Positions 45,364 through 54,809 of a stretch of 64,000 nucleotides of DNA are shown piece by piece (the first letter of the stretch is position 1; each line of letters begins with the position of its first letter). The stretch comes from Hoeflea sp. (GTDB lineage Bacteria; Pseudomonadota; Alphaproteobacteria; Rhizobiales; Rhizobiaceae), in assembly GCF_002733955.1 (NCBI RefSeq), contig NZ_NVXQ01000010.1, positions 4,163-68,162 of the forward strand. Reading direction: 5' to 3'. The notes beneath the pieces were generated by a model, which saw only the letters and a program-made list of their open reading frames with translations, had not been told where the DNA came from and made no database searches. Position numbers and translations under genes: made by a program.

Positions 45364-45642
45364 GGCGGTGACGCTATACCGGATGTGCGGAATTAGCTAT
45401 CAATTTCGGTGCTATCCGCACAGCATGTCGTAGATATTTTGTGAACGATAAGATTGCATTATTGGGCTTTATGCCCTTAAGGGAATGGCCCAGTTTAGAG
45501 AGCAAATCCCTTTTGGGACATTAGGCGGGTGCGCATCGAAGAACCGCTTTCGGAAACAGAATGCCGTACACCGATGACCACCATGGGAGCGCAAAGCTGC
45601 GATCTGTAACGCAGTGCAGCTCGTCAATGGAACGCCCCGAAG

Positions 45643-45912
45643 CTACCGCTTGAACGGAACCACGTTCGATCCGCCATTCGCAAACGCTACGGCACCTTCG
45701 TTTCGGATTGTGGTGACTGCTTCTTCAAAGGCGGTTTGGTCATAGTCGAACAGATCATCCCAAACGATGGATGTTCCGTCTTCAAGTACGACCTCCAGTG
45801 TCCACCCGTCCCCACCTTCAAGTTGGTAAATGTCGACTTTAAAGGTAATGCCCTCTTCGACGATCCGCCGCGACATGCCTGAACTAATCAGGTTTGGTTC
45901 CCTTTCCATCAT
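45643..45912 (-). CDS. Hypothetical small acidic protein
   Basis: 89 aa from MMEREPNLISSG. Protein-like composition, no family recognised. Confidence 0.35.
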   Translation of the reverse strand: MMEREPNLISSGMSRRIVEEGITFKVDIYQLEGGDGWTLEVVLEDGTSIVWDDLFDYDQTAFEEAVTTIRNEGAVAFANGGSNVVPFKR

Positions 45913-46707
45913 CGCACCTTTGCTGAATTGATAGCCCAATGTTATGTTCGTACATATCGCCGATACCCGCAACAGGTCGGTCCGCGGCTGTAAGTAGCAC
46001 CCCAACAGTGGGGTCGAAACCGTACATTCAGTGGTCGCAATTTTCGGTTTCGCTGGGCTGAGGCAAGTAAGCGGGCGGCTAGATCACAGAAGCACGCATC
46101 AAGCACTATTGGGGTCGGCAGCTTCAAGCAACTTCTGTCCTTCGTGCAAATATTCCAGACGGCACCGGCCCCGTATACCCATATATCATGAGTTATGCGA
46201 GACAACTCGTCGCTGCGTCTTCCAAGACGCACGCGTCATCTGTTAACCATTCCGGAGCCCTGTTCCGGATACGTTCTTTTTTGGCTTGCCGGACAAGCAG
46301 CTCCAGGATATCTGTTGACCGTCGCCAGAAACTAAATTTCTGCAGTGATTTAACGGCCCCCGTCGATGCTGCAAACATCGAACGAGGGCCTAACCCGCAA
46401 CCTTGGTAAGAAGGCCGAAGGCTATGTTGACCTTTATCGTGATCTCCCCAGATGGGGAAGACCAGTCCCACCCCTCTCCTGTGTTTGAAGCCCGATCACA
46501 GCGACGCTCAACGTGGACCAGTGACCCATTACGGTCACCCATCACTCTCTCTCGCTACTGATCATTTCACTTCATCGCGATAGTGCCAGTTCTTCGCCGA
46601 CATCAGCGGTTCGGTTGCCCGTTTCGGGCAGCCAATGCGGAAATTATTTCCGCATACGAACCTCCATGCCTGCCTGGCTGCCGTCATCGCTCCAACAGGA
46701 GATTTCC

Positions 46708-47619
46708 ATGACCAAGACCAAACTCACGACAACCACGTCACCCTTATATGCGTTTTCCGCAGACACACCGGAACTGAGGCAGAAGTTCTGTGCGTTCATC
46801 AATGAGCTTGTCGAAGGCCCCATGTCGGCAGAAGCCTTTACGCAAGCGCTGTCTGGCGGCATTGCTGACCTAGCTACCACGCTTCGCTCCCTGCCAGCAC
46901 TTGAAGGTCGACTGATCGAATTCGGCATTGCTGCCGTCGCTAGGTGCAATCCGGACCTCAAGGTGCTGACCCAGAACCTGAGATTGCCCGTCTCACCAAC
47001 CGCGCTAAAACTGGTCGAGTTGAACCACGCCGAAAATTTCCGAGCGTTGACATTCGACTCCGATATGGGCGGCCGCAAGACGTACACGCCTGACCTTGTC
47101 ATTCTCAATGAGCGTACCGGCACGGCGCATATCGTCGATGCCAAGCGCAGCGTTTACACTTATGACCGCGTACGGCTTGATGATCTGCAAAACCGTATGA
47201 AAGCAGCGGGCCTTGTCCTGCCAGACTTTCTTTACAAAGAGCACAAACGCCTCGTCACGAAAGAAGTCAGGGTCGTCATCCTCACTGCTGACAATCGGAA
47301 AACTGATCTGAATGGCGGCATCTGGCATATCTCGCAGTTGGACCACCTCGTGGAAGTGGAGGGTGCGGGCGCTGCAATCGCCCGCCTTCAGACAGAGTTC
47401 CATTTCTGTATTGAAGCGAACTGGAAAAAGGCGTGCGAGACATTTGCGCAGTCCCGCAAATTGCCGATAGCTGCCTTGGATCAGGTCGAGGCCGAGCTCG
47501 ATGATGTGGTGTCAGATAAAGAGGATGAGCAGTCCTTTGACGACGCTAATGCCATCGACGCCAGCGCCAATCGATCGATGATCAGGCTGGGCTTCCCTCA
47601 AGCGCCCACACGGCACTGA
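46708..47619 (+). CDS. Hypothetical protein with a PD-(D/E)XK nuclease-like motif
   Basis: ATG at 46708 follows the RBS aggag. Contains E(x)n...YTPDLVILNERTGTAHIVDAKRS, i.e. PD at 47089-47094 and DAK at 47137-47145 with 14 residues between them. Acidic C-terminal tail. Confidence 0.45.
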   Translation: MTKTKLTTTTSPLYAFSADTPELRQKFCAFINELVEGPMSAEAFTQALSGGIADLATTLRSLPALEGRLIEFGIAAVARCNPDLKVLTQNLRLPVSPTALKLVELNHAENFRALTFDSDMGGRKTYTPDLVILNERTGTAHIVDAKRSVYTYDRVRLDDLQNRMKAAGLVLPDFLYKEHKRLVTKEVRVVILTADNRKTDLNGGIWHISQLDHLVEVEGAGAAIARLQTEFHFCIEANWKKACETFAQSRKLPIAALDQVEAELDDVVSDKEDEQSFDDANAIDASANRSMIRLGFPQAPTRH

Positions 47620-47703
47620 CCAGCACTCCGCCCACTTACACATCAACTCTTTTGTTCACGACACCCGCCGATCTTAACGGTCTGGCGACGGGAGAATCTT
47701 GTC

Positions 47704-48180
47704 ATGCGTAAATCCGATCCCAACATCCCCAACAGCAACATCATCGCGTTTCCAAAACAGCAGCCAAAGCGTCTCTCAGGTGCCGCAGTCTACCTGCAAC
47801 AACCGGCTGCTCGCACGCCCAAGCGGAAGCAGGGCAAACCCCAAACCCGACTTCTGGTTCACGGCAGCGCGGCCAATGACGTGCTACAGCGAAATCGCCG
47901 GCGCGTTGAAATCCTGACTACAAAGGGCGACCCCACGCCCGAGCTGATCGACGAGCTGGCTCCGGGACTCGTCCGGAATGTCCTCCGCCGCGTCGGATCA
48001 GGTCAGTGCACCAAGACCAATCTGCCGAAGCCTCTGCGGAGGCGGCTCGATCTGATGTGCCAGTTCGGGCATCCGGCCGCCTTGATTATTAAAGACTGGC
48101 TCGACGGAAACAGGCGGTTCCTGCCCTCCAACCTACAGACCATTGCCGAGTATTCCACATGCGCCTTGGAGGAAAAGTGA
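47704..48180 (+). CDS. Hypothetical basic 158-aa protein, translationally coupled to the next gene
   Basis: The stop TGA overlaps the next ATG (TGATG at 48178-48182). No family recognised. Confidence 0.4.
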   Translation: MRKSDPNIPNSNIIAFPKQQPKRLSGAAVYLQQPAARTPKRKQGKPQTRLLVHGSAANDVLQRNRRRVEILTTKGDPTPELIDELAPGLVRNVLRRVGSGQCTKTNLPKPLRRRLDLMCQFGHPAALIIKDWLDGNRRFLPSNLQTIAEYSTCALEEK

Positions 48181-51028
48181 TGGGCACGATCAGCAAACGC
48201 GTTTCCAAATACCTCCTCGCCCGCCAACAGCGAGCCGCGCGGCTGGATGTCTTTGGTGATGCCCTGGACGCTGGCATTCTTGAACGCACACCACTCGGTG
48301 AGACCGAGCACAGCGGTGCAGTCTGGAAACTTGCGACCGAAACAGCAGCGCACCTCTCCGGTGATGTCGACCACGACCGGGAAGCGATCCGTTCGCTTCT
48401 TGAAGTTTCTTCGCGAAACAGGAAGCAGATCGAAAAACGGCTCGAAGCCGGTGATCTGGGTGGGTTTAAAGAGGATGAAGAAAGCGTTGGCGAAGCCTTC
48501 GCCACATCCGACAAATCCGCTGGCGACGCCGCTGGGCATTCCGACACGGCGACCGAGGTTGGCGGCGGAAGTGAGCCGTCCGCAAATCTGACGTCCAAAG
48601 AAGATGGGTCGAAATCAGGTAAGGGTACTCCAGCCACTATGTCCCCCGCGAAACTGGCAGCACTTCGCGATCAGGTCCTGTCAATCATTGCGGGCTTTGC
48701 ACCGGTATTGAAGGTTCCAGAAGTCGCGGCGGCGCTGCTGCTCGCAAGGGCAATCGAGAGGGATGGGCATGCCGTTGATCGATTGCTCTCGATTATGAAA
48801 TCCCGGAAATCGATTGTTGCCCTCCAGGTACCAGTCCGGGACTTCGAACGCCACTTCGGTCATCTTCTCGAAGACGGGCTCGTGATGCCATTCTATGTGT
48901 CGCTCGAAACGATCGCGGAGGGGCCATCCCTTGTCGGGCGCTACAAACCGCTCGCCGATTCAAAGCCGCGTAAATCCTTCAGCTGCTTCTCAGGTGCTTT
49001 GTTGAAACGGTACAGCGACGATGACGAACTCCGCAGCATCATCTCGAAGAGGGTTCTGACGGCATTCAAACCGCTGATCATCTGTGATGAACGCAATCGG
49101 CCGCTGCCAGAACGACTTTCCGCTGTCGCCGACATCGCGATCACGGGAAGCGGTATTGATTGCAGCCTGATCGCAGATGTTCTCGCAATCTGTCACGACA
49201 TCCCGATCGGTCGCTCCTGGTTCCTGATGAAAGAGCTCGGCTTTGAACCGCAGCATCTAGGAATTGATGATCTCGCGATCGCCATCCGTCCCGGTCGCTC
49301 ACTGACCAGGATCATTTCAGTTCTGGCGACGCTTGAAGCCGAAAACAGGGCAACGGCCGAAGCCAAGGAAGATGAGGAGAAGGAGAACAACATGGGCTCT
49401 CTGATGAAGCGCTCGGAAGCGAGAGAAATACACTGGCTGTTTCGACATCATCGAGCCCGTCAAAGAGACTGGCGGGGCGGATACGGGCAACGGGAATTGC
49501 GCGCAACAGCGAGGCAAACCGCCCACTGGCAAGGGCCAGCTGTTCGTTGAGCGGCTCGCTGGCTATGGCGATGCCCGGCAATGGGCGCTTGATCTCAAGA
49601 CTGATCTTGAGGCGTACAATGACAAAGAGGTCGAGTGGTCCGATCTCAGTTCACGGCTGCTGCTCTCTGGTCCACCCGGCACCGGCAAAACAACATTTGC
49701 CAGAGCGCTCTGCAACACCCTGAGTGTCCCTCTGATCGCGACGTCGGTGGCGAGATGGCTTGAGACGTCACATCTTGGGGATGTTCTGGCAGCAATGAAC
49801 ACGACATTCGAACAAGCAAGAGAGTCAGCACCCTGCATTCTGTTCATCGACGAAGTCGACAACATTGGAAGTCGCGGCAGCGGCGACCGAGCTTACGATG
49901 ATTATTGGTCGAGCATCGTCAATCGCATGCTCGAATTGCTCGATGGAGCTGCAAAAACCGAGGGTGTCATTGTCATTGGCGCTACAAACCGACCGGACAA
50001 GATCGACCCGGCAATTCTCCGCTCAGGCCGCCTTGAGAAACACATTGTTGTCCCGCCCCCGGATACCGATGCACTGGTCCAGATCATTGCACATCATCTC
50101 GGGAGCGATCTCGAAGTCGTCCTGGAAAGCACTGAGGTCGGCGGGTCAGTCGGTCGGACCAAGTCACCTGCGGCATTGGCCGAACTCCGCAACACCACAG
50201 TCGACAACCGCAACGCCCGCCCCTGTGAAGACCGTGCAGGAGTGCTTGCTAATGGATGAGTCCCATCTCTCAGCCGCCAACCCAGATTGGAACCCGGTGC
50301 TCAAACCCCTGGCATTGGCTGCCGCTGGCAAGACCGGTGCAGACATCGAGCGTCTGATCCGCGAAGCACGCCAAAAAGCGCGTCGTGAAAAGCGACCGCT
50401 CACCTACAACGACATCCAAGAAGCACTCACCGCTGGTCAGGCGGATATGTCACCAGCACTGATCTGGCGAATTGCAGTTCACGAGGCTGGCCATGCTTTG
50501 GCTTGGATTGCATTCGACATCGCTACTGTTCAGACCGTGACCGTTGGAAATGGCTCAGGCGGTTTCGTTGAAAGTGATATTCGAACGGATGTCGTTCAGA
50601 CAGAAGAGTGGCTCAACAAGATGATCGCCTGTGCGCTTGCCGGCAGGTCGGCGGAAAAGCTCATCTTCGGCGATTGCGTCCTGGGGTCTGGCGGCAGTGA
50701 ACAGTCTGACCTTGCCCGCGCCACGAGACTAGCAACAGATGCCGAGGCTAATCTCGGCTTCGGGCAAGCGCAGCCATTGTTGTATCGTTCGATGGATGCG
50801 CAGCCGTCGATCCTCTCCCTCGATCGTCAGCTTGCACAGCACGTCCACGCCCGACTTGAGGCTGGGGAGGCCTTGGCTACCAAATTGCTGTCGCAGCATC
50901 GTAGCGCACTGCTGGCATTGGCAACCCGCCTTGCTCATGCGAAGACCCTTGATGGAGGCGAAGTGCGATCATTGCTTGCTCTGGAAATGAATGTCGTCAC
51001 ACCGGGTTCCAAAGGACCGGCGCCCTGA
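48180..51028 (+). pseudogene. Soluble FtsH-like AAA+ ATPase / M41 zinc metalloprotease with a ~420-aa N-terminal domain; reading frame broken twice (frames 0 -> 1 -> 2)
   Basis: Frame 0 (48180-49550) carries the N-terminal domain. Frame 1 carries Walker A GPPGTGKT (49669-49692), Walker B ILFIDEVD and the second region of homology GATNRPDKIDPAILRSGR, and ends at 50259. Frame 2 carries the lid GKTGADIERLIREA and HEAGH (50480-50494) through to 51028. There is no ATG/GTG/TTG in frame 1 upstream of Walker A, and no TM helices. Confidence 0.6.
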
Positions 51029-51237
51029 AACTGCGATTCAGAATTCGGCTTCTGCGTTACCAGAACCGGCGCCCGCGATTCCAAACCGGGCGCCAGCGAT
51101 TCTGAATGCCGGATTGGCGATTCCGATCCAGGGTTCGCCGAATCAGATATCAGTCCCCGCGTTGCCAGAGCCCGCCTTGCCGATTCCCACTCCAGCGCAG
51201 CCGATTCCAAACTGCAATTCTGCGATTCAGGTCAGAG
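51028..51237. repeat. Array of ten contiguous 21-bp repeats with the core GCGATTC (GANTC)
   Basis: Seven-nt cores sit at 51033+21k (k=0..9): GCGATTC, GCGTTAC, GCGATTC, GCGATTC, GCGATTC, CCGAATC, GCGTTGC, CCGATTC, CCGATTC, GCGATTC. The flanks are variable. Confidence 0.8.
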
Positions 51238-51323
51238 GATCAGCCGCCTTCACGATCATGATTTGCGTGAAGCCGTGAATCAGCTAACCGAGGACCAGGG
51301 CGGGCCCTCTTTCTGGAAGGCCT

Positions 51324-51554
51324 ATGATGACGAAAAGACACAAACGAAAACCGGAACTGACACCTGCGCAGATTGATGATCTCGTTGCCCGGTTGACACA
51401 CCTACATAAGGACTTGGTTCCTCTGCTGTGCGAGCTAAAGCCGCAGTCCGAACACTACAATGCGGTCGTTGACATCAACGATTCCCTGGCCAGCGCAATC
51501 CGCAAGATCTCGGGCGATGAGCCGATATGGATGCAGCCCCGGATCAGCCGTTAG
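51324..51554 (+). CDS. Hypothetical 76-aa protein between the two repeat arrays
   Basis: MMTKRHKRKPELTPAQIDDLVARLTHLHKDL... has a basic N-terminus followed by helical character. No family recognised. Confidence 0.35.
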   Translation: MMTKRHKRKPELTPAQIDDLVARLTHLHKDLVPLLCELKPQSEHYNAVVDINDSLASAIRKISGDEPIWMQPRISR

Positions 51555-51793
51555 CAACGACTGGAACTCAGGCCCGTGGCTTCTCGCAACGGCGGGCGAG
51601 ACCGGGCTTAGAGATCATTGCAGCTGCCAAAGCTCCATGCCGTAGTGGCGTTTGCGGGAAGTCTTCAAAACAAAGCCGTCGCAACCTGATATCCATTGAA
51701 ACAGCGTGTGGGCAAGGCGGTTTAGGTCACCGAGACATCAAACTGACCTGCAATGGCGTGCCGGCAACCTGAAACAAGTCATGTCAATTTATC

Positions 51794-51856
51794 CTGCCGC
51801 GATTCTGAAGTCTGTCCTACCGATTCGAAACCGAGAAACCGCGATTCCTCTGTGAA
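51794..51856. repeat. Second, three-unit 21-bp GCGATTC array
   Basis: Cores GCGATTC (51799), CCGATTC (51820) and GCGATTC (51841), with the same GATTCnAAAC flank as units in the first array. Confidence 0.6.
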
Positions 51857-52003
51857 CGGCGTTTGCAGACGACGGGCTGGAATCCTCGATACCAACTCCG
51901 CCGCGCAATTGCCTTCCAAATTGTCAACATTGCAGGCAAACGGCGTTTGTTGCTTGCATCGCCGACCGTCAAAATGGGTCTCCACGATAACAAGGAGATC
52001 AGG

Positions 52004-52324
52004 ATGTCAAAGAGATCAAAGCGGGAAATCAATGCAGAGCAGAGGGCGAGGCAGCAGCGAGTAAGAGACGCGGCTCGCAATCGGCGGAGGCCGTCCAGGG
52101 ACGATCTTGCGCGAATGCTGCTATGGAAAATGATCATGAGCGCCGGGAAGCATCATCTGGGGCAACGGGAGGCGCTGGATCGGCTAAGGGATGAGATTGT
52201 TGATGGCTTGGAGCTTCAGGGTTTTGATGTCTGTGAAAGTGAAGAGGTCTTCGAAGAGCTTGCTGGGCGGTACGCTGATGGCCTATTTCCATTTCGACCG
52301 AAACGGCATCTCAAGCCAGCGTGA
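52004..52324 (+). CDS. Hypothetical 106-aa protein with a strongly basic N-terminus
   Basis: ATG at 52004 follows the RBS aaggag. MSKRSKREINAEQRARQQRVRDAARNRRRPSRDD..., with an acidic C-terminal half. Confidence 0.45.
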   Translation: MSKRSKREINAEQRARQQRVRDAARNRRRPSRDDLARMLLWKMIMSAGKHHLGQREALDRLRDEIVDGLELQGFDVCESEEVFEELAGRYADGLFPFRPKRHLKPA

Positions 52325-52655
52325 TCAGCAGCCTCTTGGCACCATCATCCAAACCGCGTTTGATACAACTCATCTGCCCTCCCCCCATTACTAGTCATAA
52401 CGGCGTTTGCGCGGGAATCGCAAAAGTGGGTTTCACAGCAACGTTGCTCTGGACTTCTCTGATTGCAATCCGGATCAATTTGGCGATGTTCACCTGGTGG
52501 AAACGCCATTATCTGTATCTATCTGGAAATCACTTCTGCTTCGCGCCCCCAACTCGATCATTTAGCATCTGCGATGCCGGTTCCCTCCCGGCTCCATATA
52601 CTCTTTTCTTTTGCGCATTATTCCGACGGCCAATGACGGCCGAAGGAGAACTCAA

Positions 52656-53288
52656 ATGGGTACTGCACAATATGATCCTGCTGCACTGGGTCGACCGGCA
52701 TGGAACGCCGGCCGGAAGGTCGGTGTGAAGAAGCCACTGAAACAGCGCCAGATATGGGCGATCCGCTTCTTCCTCGATAGAGAGGGACGCATGAGAGACC
52801 GCGCGTTGTTCGACCTCGCGTTCGATAGCAAGCTTCGAGGTTGCGATCTCGTGAAGATCAAGATCGGAACCCTCGTGACCGGGCCCGAGATTCGATCGCG
52901 CGCGATGGTGATCCAGCAGAAGACCGGTCGTCCGGTTCAGTTCGAGATCACGGCCGACGTGAGGGCCAGCCTGCTTGCCTGGCTTGAGCGAAGAGGTGGA
53001 ACGGTTGACGACTACGCCTTTCCCAGCCGGGTCGATCCTGCCGATCACCTGAGCACTCGCCAGTACGCAAGATTGGTCGATGAGTGGGTGGCCGCGATCG
53101 GCCTGCGATGCGAGGACTACGGCACACACTCGCTTCGCCGAACCAAGGCGGCGATGATCTACAAGGCGACAGGCAATCTTCGCGCGATCCAAATTCTCTT
53201 GGGCCACACCAAGATCGAGAATACCGTCAGGTATCTTGGGGTAGACATCGAGGATGCCCTGGAGCTGGCGGAGCACACGGAGATTTGA
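52656..53288 (+). CDS. Short tyrosine recombinase/integrase (210 aa)
   Basis: ATG at 52656 follows the RBS aaggag. GLRCEDYGTHSLRRTKAAMIYKATGNLRAIQILLGHTKIENTVRYLG supplies the R...HxxR...Y catalytic signature region. Confidence 0.85.
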   Translation: MGTAQYDPAALGRPAWNAGRKVGVKKPLKQRQIWAIRFFLDREGRMRDRALFDLAFDSKLRGCDLVKIKIGTLVTGPEIRSRAMVIQQKTGRPVQFEITADVRASLLAWLERRGGTVDDYAFPSRVDPADHLSTRQYARLVDEWVAAIGLRCEDYGTHSLRRTKAAMIYKATGNLRAIQILLGHTKIENTVRYLGVDIEDALELAEHTEI

Positions 53289-53469
53289 CAGAGCGGCCCC
53301 GTGCTTAACGGGGCCGTCGGCCTTGGCGCAGAGGCCATGCAAAAGAAGTTGCTTTGAGCCGTTTTGAGCCCCGATGCCGAAACTGTTTCCATATTCGCCC
53401 CCATGCCGGCCATACAGAACAGCAATGGGGGCGACTTGGCAGCAGATATCGATCAAAGGCGGCCCGCAA

Positions 53470-54738
53470 TCAAGCGGCCTGTTTCTCCCCGATTCTACCG
53501 GCCTCGACCAGGGCGGAGACGATGACGCCCGCCACCAGGGCCCAGAAGGGGGCGCTGATGCCCAAGAGCGAGATGTTCGACATGGCGACGGCGAGCGCCA
53601 CGAAGGCGCCTGTCTGGTTGCCGAGCGACTTGCCGAAGGCGTTCTGGAAGGCCGACAGGAGCACGCCGATCATGGCGAGGCCGGCGACGGTGCCGATGAG
53701 CGCGGACGGCAGGCTGAGCACGATCGGAACGGCAGCTCCCGCGAGGAGACCGAAGGCGGCGAAGAGCACTCCGTTGACGACTGTCGCGGCATAACGCCCC
53801 TCCTTGTTCTCGCCCGCCTGCTCGGACGAGCAGATGGCGGTCATCGGGCCGGCGATATTGGCATTGTGGCCGCCGAGGAAACCGGCTGCGACACCGCCGA
53901 TGCCGGAAATGATCGTCATCGCGTTGACCGGTGGCCGATAGTCCTCGGCCATGAGCACACCGGTCGCCTGCGCGTTCTCGGCGCCGATCACCAGAAGGGC
54001 GAGCGGAATGGCAATCGCGAAGAAGGCGTCGACGGAGAACACCGGCATCGTGAATTCAGGTGCGGCGAAGGCGATGTTGGCCGCGCCGCCGCCAACCGCA
54101 CCGGTCGCAAGCGCAACGATCAGGCCTGCGACAAGGGCCGCCAGAACCGGAGGAATGGATTTGGTCAGCCGCATCGAGACAAAGAAGGCGAGGATTGCCG
54201 CGCCGGCAATTAGCGGCGCCGAGTTGAGCGCCGTCACCGTGCCGATGGCGAACCGGATCAGCGCGCCGGCAATCATCGCCATGACGATCGGCATCGGCAG
54301 CCAGCGCATCACCTTGCCGATGAGCCCGCTTACGCCGAGCAGCAGAACCAAGAGGCCCGCCATGATGAAACCGCCGACGGCCTCGTTGAAGGGAATGGTG
54401 GCAAGCGAGCCCGCGACAAGGGCCGCGCCCGGTATCGAGTAGGCGCCGTTTATCGGCTGCTTGTAATAGAGCGCGAGAGCCAGGCTGATAAGCCCGCCGA
54501 GTACGTAGATCGCAAAGAGCCAGGCGACGGTCTGCCCGTTGCTGAGATGGCCCGCCTCGGCGGCGCCGATGACGATCAGGGCCGGACCGGAGCAGCCAAA
54601 GATGGCGGCGACGAGCCCGGCGCTCATGGTCTTCACGCCGAGATGTTTCGGCAGGTCTCTGAGACCCGACATAAGGCCGGGTCCCCGTTCGACAAGGCGT
54701 GTTTCGAGCGTCTTCTGCTGGGTCGTATCCATTCTCAA
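53470..54738 (-). CDS. benE: BenE-family benzoate/aromatic-acid:H+ symporter
   Basis: 422 aa, about 12 TM helices. N-terminal LPKHLGVKTMSAGLVAAIFGCSGPALIVIGAA is typical of the BenE family. Confidence 0.75.
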   Translation of the reverse strand: MRMDTTQQKTLETRLVERGPGLMSGLRDLPKHLGVKTMSAGLVAAIFGCSGPALIVIGAAEAGHLSNGQTVAWLFAIYVLGGLISLALALYYKQPINGAYSIPGAALVAGSLATIPFNEAVGGFIMAGLLVLLLGVSGLIGKVMRWLPMPIVMAMIAGALIRFAIGTVTALNSAPLIAGAAILAFFVSMRLTKSIPPVLAALVAGLIVALATGAVGGGAANIAFAAPEFTMPVFSVDAFFAIAIPLALLVIGAENAQATGVLMAEDYRPPVNAMTIISGIGGVAAGFLGGHNANIAGPMTAICSSEQAGENKEGRYAATVVNGVLFAAFGLLAGAAVPIVLSLPSALIGTVAGLAMIGVLLSAFQNAFGKSLGNQTGAFVALAVAMSNISLLGISAPFWALVAGVIVSALVEAGRIGEKQAA

Positions 54739-54809
54739 TCCTCCCGAAGCGGATCCGAGGCCGCTCCCTCCTCGTGGAAATGAAGCCGGGCTCCCGCCCG
54801 GCCGTTGGC

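Noticed and set aside
45400-45640. Possible tRNA or small RNA in the intergenic region after the DUF1403 gene
   Set aside because: No cloverleaf-compatible stems or conserved tRNA boxes could be found by eye.
51028-51237. Possibility that the repeat array is a CRISPR array
   Set aside because: The units are contiguous 21-mers with a conserved 7-nt core and variable flanks. There is no repeat-spacer alternation, no leader and no cas genes.
50991-51278. 95-aa ORF encoding Pro-rich heptad repeats (PAIPNRA PAILNAG LAIPIQG ...)
   Set aside because: It is simply the translation of the 21-bp DNA repeat array. The invariant 7-nt core, including wobble positions, and the lack of an RBS argue for DNA-level function. 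It is kept as a refutation route for the repeat finding.
52530-53456. 308-aa minus-strand ORF overlapping the tyrosine recombinase
   Set aside because: The plus-strand recombinase has an RBS and a catalytic signature. The antisense ORF has no recognisable features.
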